NCBI GenBank assembly: GCA_963664225.1
Contig: OY760937.1
Coordinates: 1,472,001 to 1,536,000 of the forward strand
Origin: Verrucomicrobiia bacterium
GTDB taxonomy: Bacteria > Verrucomicrobiota > Verrucomicrobiia > Limisphaerales > UBA1319
DNA length: 64,000 nucleotides
Reading direction: 5' to 3'
The position numbers were made by a program, and so were the translations under genes. This document shows positions 62,101 through 64,000 of the stretch, piece after piece. The notes beneath the pieces are model-generated. The model saw nothing but the letters and a program-made list of their open reading frames with translations. It was not told where the DNA came from and did no database searches. The first letter of the stretch is position 1, and every line of letters begins with the position of its first letter.

Positions 62101-63116
62101 TCTTCCTGAACAGGCTCTGAGAAGGTCACTCGCACCCCGTTGGGATTGCCCCGATGATCCACCAGAGTCACCTGGGGCGCAAGAGTGTCAGGAGTAACTG
62201 CAAGAACGGTGGTGGCGCTTGACAGTGTTCCCTGTCCATTGGAAATCGTCACCTGGAACTGGTCCCCATTGGCCGATGCCGAGATGGAGTCCAAAGCCAG
62301 GTAGGAGAGGTTCTCGCCTGCAATCACCTGTCCATTGCGTCGCCAGACAAAAATCGCGGGCTGGGCGGCAATGACATCCGTTTCCAATAATAACCGTTGA
62401 CCTTCCGCCACATTCACGCTGGCTGGCAAATCGCCCCCATTCAACCCATCCGTGTTAAAGAAAGGCGCCGCGTTCGGGGTCAACCTGTTCAAAAATGGAT
62501 CCACTGGATGCTGAGCCAGATGCAATGCGGGAATTATTTCCTCCACACCATCAGGACGCCGCCAGCCGACTTGGAGAAAAGCGATCCCCCCACCCTGTTG
62601 GTGAAAGACTTCAAAATAGTATTTATTGCCACGCACCAGTGAAATGGACTGGCTCCGGCGTTGATCCAGGCGCAACCCATCGAACAAAGTAATGCCCGAC
62701 TGCGATTCAAAAGCGATGACCCGCTTCGTCGTCTCCGCATGATCCGTGCTCAACCAAAGCTCGGCATTGTCGTCGCTGGCAATGTAAAATACGTAATCGC
62801 CATTCTGAGGGGCCTCCAAATATCCGTGAATCCACGAGCCAAAATCAGTTCCGCTGTTATCGCGGCCTTGAAGACCGTAGATGAGCGCCCCGTTCGGCGC
62901 GGGATTAAAGTCGTCCAGTTGTTCGCGAAAAGTCGGTTGATCGGGGAAGCTGGCTGCATTTTTCAAAGTACTCACACTTTGCCGCACCGTGGCGGAATCG
63001 ACCGATGTCGAATCGCCCTCATAAAACAGACGGGCCACCGAGCCTGCCGTTACATTCAAAGGCGCCACTGCCAAGAGCAACAGTGCCGGAATTGTCATCC
63101 AATATTTAGCATTCAT
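56187..63116 (-). CDS. Giant secreted PA14 / Ig-like / triple LamG / L-type lectin-like exoprotein
   Basis: Signal MNAKYW...VTA; PA14 (IASDDNAELWLS); repeated VD.RGNPNGVRV.F Ig modules; three YW.F.E...DEL LamG modules; C-terminal TWEG..LQRA..GPF..V.GA.SPY...FFRL. Alternative start 63185. Confidence 0.85.
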   Translation of the reverse strand: MNAKYWMTIPALLLLAVAPLNVTAGSVARLFYEGDSTSVDSATVRQSVSTLKNAASFPDQPTFREQLDDFNPAPNGALIYGLQGRDNSGTDFGSWIHGYLEAPQNGDYVFYIASDDNAELWLSTDHAETTKRVIAFESQSGITLFDGLRLDQRRSQSISLVRGNKYYFEVFHQQGGGIAFLQVGWRRPDGVEEIIPALHLAQHPVDPFLNRLTPNAAPFFNTDGLNGGDLPASVNVAEGQRLLLETDVIAAQPAIFVWRRNGQVIAGENLSYLALDSISASANGDQFQVTISNGQGTLSSATTVLAVTPDTLAPQVTLVDHRGNPNGVRVTFSEPVQEDAATNLSHYSLQGPGGAVLVIQSAKSLNAGTSVQLAGIFNFQVGQSYQLTVRDIKDQALTANSLDPNPTVSSFSFVAPVDGGLGPVSITTDLQDVQAAENQAVDLSVQLAGASPFYYQWYFNNTAILPETNHVLHFTATAGAVGQYKVVISNEFSSVTSRVAAVGFIKDTTPPRLVSIRGLAGANSEVQLEFDEALDISTATNASIYRVDGLQILSARLSADARWVILTTSPQNIGFSYVLHIYGLKDISVAGNALTTLVRFRGTKTYSEEALADQPVRYWRFEEAENSGTVDSLVTLLDPLITGQSVLVNGPKLGVPGLVSNLVGSTAIQFDAARIQSITVPNGSDLNINTGPWDKRTISFWFKATSLPSGGAAKGSAVIFEAGGVNRGYGIYLYGSQDVANPSEALLAFNAFNNLTDGPGSPWGTKSGDGSSSVYVSTPVQTGQVYHVVAVLDGDKTGTAGELRLYLNGTLAGTAKGAGQLYNHSSNIQIGNGTILLHDGVNPSNKSPFDGVIDELAIYNTALTTERVTVLYNFANTVDVGIQQQPLTITQVDTRGNPNGVRVLFSDFLSPALATAIDHYTLSSANGTPLAIQSATLLDDASSVQLAGSFNFQPGQSYQLLAHDLKDSSPTGRTLQPNPTSLPLTYQASSGVLYDFNGALPATIKKYGNTEVRTNNSYDGSGYLKLTDGSSNQNGSILFTERNDVEQIRVSFKTRISDASIPAGEGFSFNLASDLPAGTYPYPEEGYNANAITTTGQGFIVAFDTAKSGLADVSPSIAVKWKGQVITNVPTGVAPVPALTTTGWVDVDINLKRDGRLTLTYGGTTILEQFSTGFTGLKNAQIGFGARTSSAFESHWLDDIRINYADGDLGPVTIQSGTDLVDRTINETATTTFSIVPQGASPFKYQWYQNNTALAGETNRLLQVVGAPATAGQYYVTISNEFSGVISRTASLVVQPDTLPPRIVAVRGLATIRSEVEIQFDEALSPATATNASLYSVDRAQILSASQSADGRSVVLETSPLTPDANYVLHLNGITDQSISASPLFAQVNFVTSRHYNDEIVADVPARYWRFEEIDGSPIANSLTTINDPLTTGQATLVNGPQFGVPGLVANLGGSTAIQFDGARNQSINVPNGVDVNITSGPWAKKSISLWFKATSLPRGGSTNGSAVVFEQGGANRGLTLYLYGSQDVANPTEALLVLNAFNNLSEGAGSPWGTKVGDGSTSVYVSAPIRLGEVYDVVAVLDGDTNGVAGELRLYTNGVLAGTAPGAGQLYNHSSNIQIANGDVLLHDGGNPASKSPFSGILDELALFNEALTGERVTALHQLAITHDASNLIPPAVQTVDHRGNPNGVRVTFNEPVDPATSTNLANYSLRSLAGANVPITTAVLLADQSSVQLAGSFNFQLGTQYELTIRDVLDQAAQPSRLTPNPTVVTFAFAAPAGQPYNIGPVGIVPGHDLTNLTGLENSVVILTVTPTGASPYTYEWYRNNTVLPGVTNRELTLVLSANTEGSYRVTLRNEFSETSSSTAQVTVQSDIAAPVLQQVRGFGGTLNEVRLVFDEPVDEVTATNTANYAVAPLQILGAILDSSARQVTLRTSPQTTGQAYQLTISGIRDRAGIPNVLNTKVTFQTEVSYAEEVLADDPVRYWPFGETNGSIAYSLTAKLDTLITAQGTYINGPKLGVPGLATNLNRTAVQLDAAQKQSITIPNGSDLNGTVGPWAKKTVEFWFKAASLPRGGTNVQAPVLYKQGAGNRGLGLYLYGTQDSDTPDEALLVWQALNNKSEGPGSPWGNLLGSSNSAVYVSAPVRVNESYHVVAVLDGDNSGFAGQLRLYTNGILAGEAVGAGQIYNHTGSGTQIGNGDKFLRHDGVVVSTNDFFSGVIDELSLYNHALTSDRVTAHYQAAVTPPPLLVLPVFGGYRVESKTLIITWEGAARLQRASDIKGPFTEVDGAASPYRESSTNNTIGFFRLVR

Positions 63117-63224
63117 AACCAGTAGGGAAAAAAGGAATCGTTTATTAAATTGAGATTGTTGATTGGAGCTGGAGTTTGCATTCAACCCCAGCCCATCATT
63201 TTTAAGTGAGGAGTGTTCGGGAGT

Positions 63225-64000
63225 TCAGCGCAACCACGCGGGGAACTGCACCTTGGTGGCATAGGCCTCTGTATCGAAATCCCGGTTCCATTTGAGTTTC
63301 CAGAGCTCTCGCAATCGGACATTCCGAACCGAACCGTCGAAAAACAGCACGTTGGGTCCCTTGCCGTGGCGGGGAACAACAAAATGCTGCATTTCCTGCG
63401 ATTCGAAGTTATTGATGGTGGAATAGTTGCCTGGTGAGGGCGGCGGCATATAGGCCGATCGTTCACCATACCAGGGACCACCGCCACGCCACATGCTATC
63501 GGCCATCAATGGAATCTTGGTTGTATTGCCATTGACATTCAGGGATCCCCAATGATATTCCAACTTGCGACCTTGAATATCCTGTTTGGAATTGTAGATC
63601 CAACTGTTAACGCCATAGCTGGCCACTTCACCATGGGTAAACTCTCCCTCTCCCATGATGTACGCGGTATCGATGCCTCCAAAGGCTTCAAGGCCACTGC
63701 CATCCTCCGCCACGCGCCTTTTGGTTGCCACCGGGCATACCAACAAATCAGCCTTTTTGCGCCAGAATCCCTGCATAGCATTGAGCCATTCGCCGCGAGC
63801 CCATCCCACGGATTGACCCGTCGGAAATTTCTCCCCGTTGTCGCTGCTGTAAATGTTCCAATTGATGCCCCACTGTCTTAAATTGGAGATGCAACTGATG
63901 GACCTGGCTTTTTGTTTTGCTTTTGCCAGGGCTGGCAGGAGCATGGAGGCCAAAATCGCGATGATTGCGATGACGACCAGTAATTCTATGAGGGTGAATC
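63225..64000 (-). CDS. Prepilin-type N-terminal cleavage/methylation protein with H-X9-DG motif (5'-truncated)
   Basis: The frame extends to the window end as [48 protein letters not shown]. Confidence 0.92.
   Translation of the reverse strand, partial: FTLIELLVVIAIIAILASMLLPALAKAKQKARSISCISNLRQWGINWNIYSSDNGEKFPTGQSVGWARGEWLNAMQGFWRKKADLLVCPVATKRRVAEDGSGLEAFGGIDTAYIMGEGEFTHGEVASYGVNSWIYNSKQDIQGRKLEYHWGSLNVNGNTTKIPLMADSMWRGGGPWYGERSAYMPPPSPGNYSTINNFESQEMQHFVVPRHGKGPNVLFFDGSVRNVRLRELWKLKWNRDFDTEAYATKVQFPAWLR

Noticed and set aside
38089..63881. Many long plus-strand ORFs (e.g. 40705-41790, 39703-40506, 52510-53343)
   Set aside because: Antisense shadows of well-supported GC-rich minus-strand genes.
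1..64000. tRNA or rRNA genes
   Set aside because: No cloverleaf or rRNA signature recognised by eye; tRNAscan/barrnap would be needed to exclude them formally.

Overview
The window looks like a Verrucomicrobiota (Pedosphaera/Limisphaerales-like) chromosome segment; this taxonomy is inferred from the protein families, not determined. It has three parts. (1) 1-4426: housekeeping genes (partial ROK protein, Tat-exported Gfo/Idh/MocA oxidoreductase, SDR epimerase, mpl). (2) About 4.5-31.2 kb: an accessory island with a degenerate class II glutamine amidotransferase-like gene, a divergent XRE / tandem-RHH pair, a ~180-bp diverged direct repeat, nested IS66 and IS4 remnants each carrying a group II intron, a signal-peptide-bearing Rhs toxin locus with a large secreted partner and AT-rich candidate immunity genes, TA modules (Xre/MbcA with a broken RES toxin; vapBC), acr3 and phage Dam pseudogenes, a tyrosine recombinase with a candidate core site, an XRE repressor, an intact IS3 element, and IS21/IS1634 remnants. 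(3) 31.3-64 kb: a run of minus-strand genes: H-X9-DG prepilin-like protein, a 2.3-kaa PA14/Ig/LamG exoprotein, three sulfatases, a MoxR-DUF58-Bat cassette, then a separately promoted operon (Cys-motif PQQ-type beta-propeller, Cys-motif exported protein, tandem ModA, ModB, ModC, half-size TSUP, MoaD/ThiS, HesA-type E1, 4Fe-4S membrane protein). That last operon is the best candidate for an undescribed system, possibly Mo/W-sulfur handling without Moco genes. All family calls come from motif recognition by eye; no searches were run.
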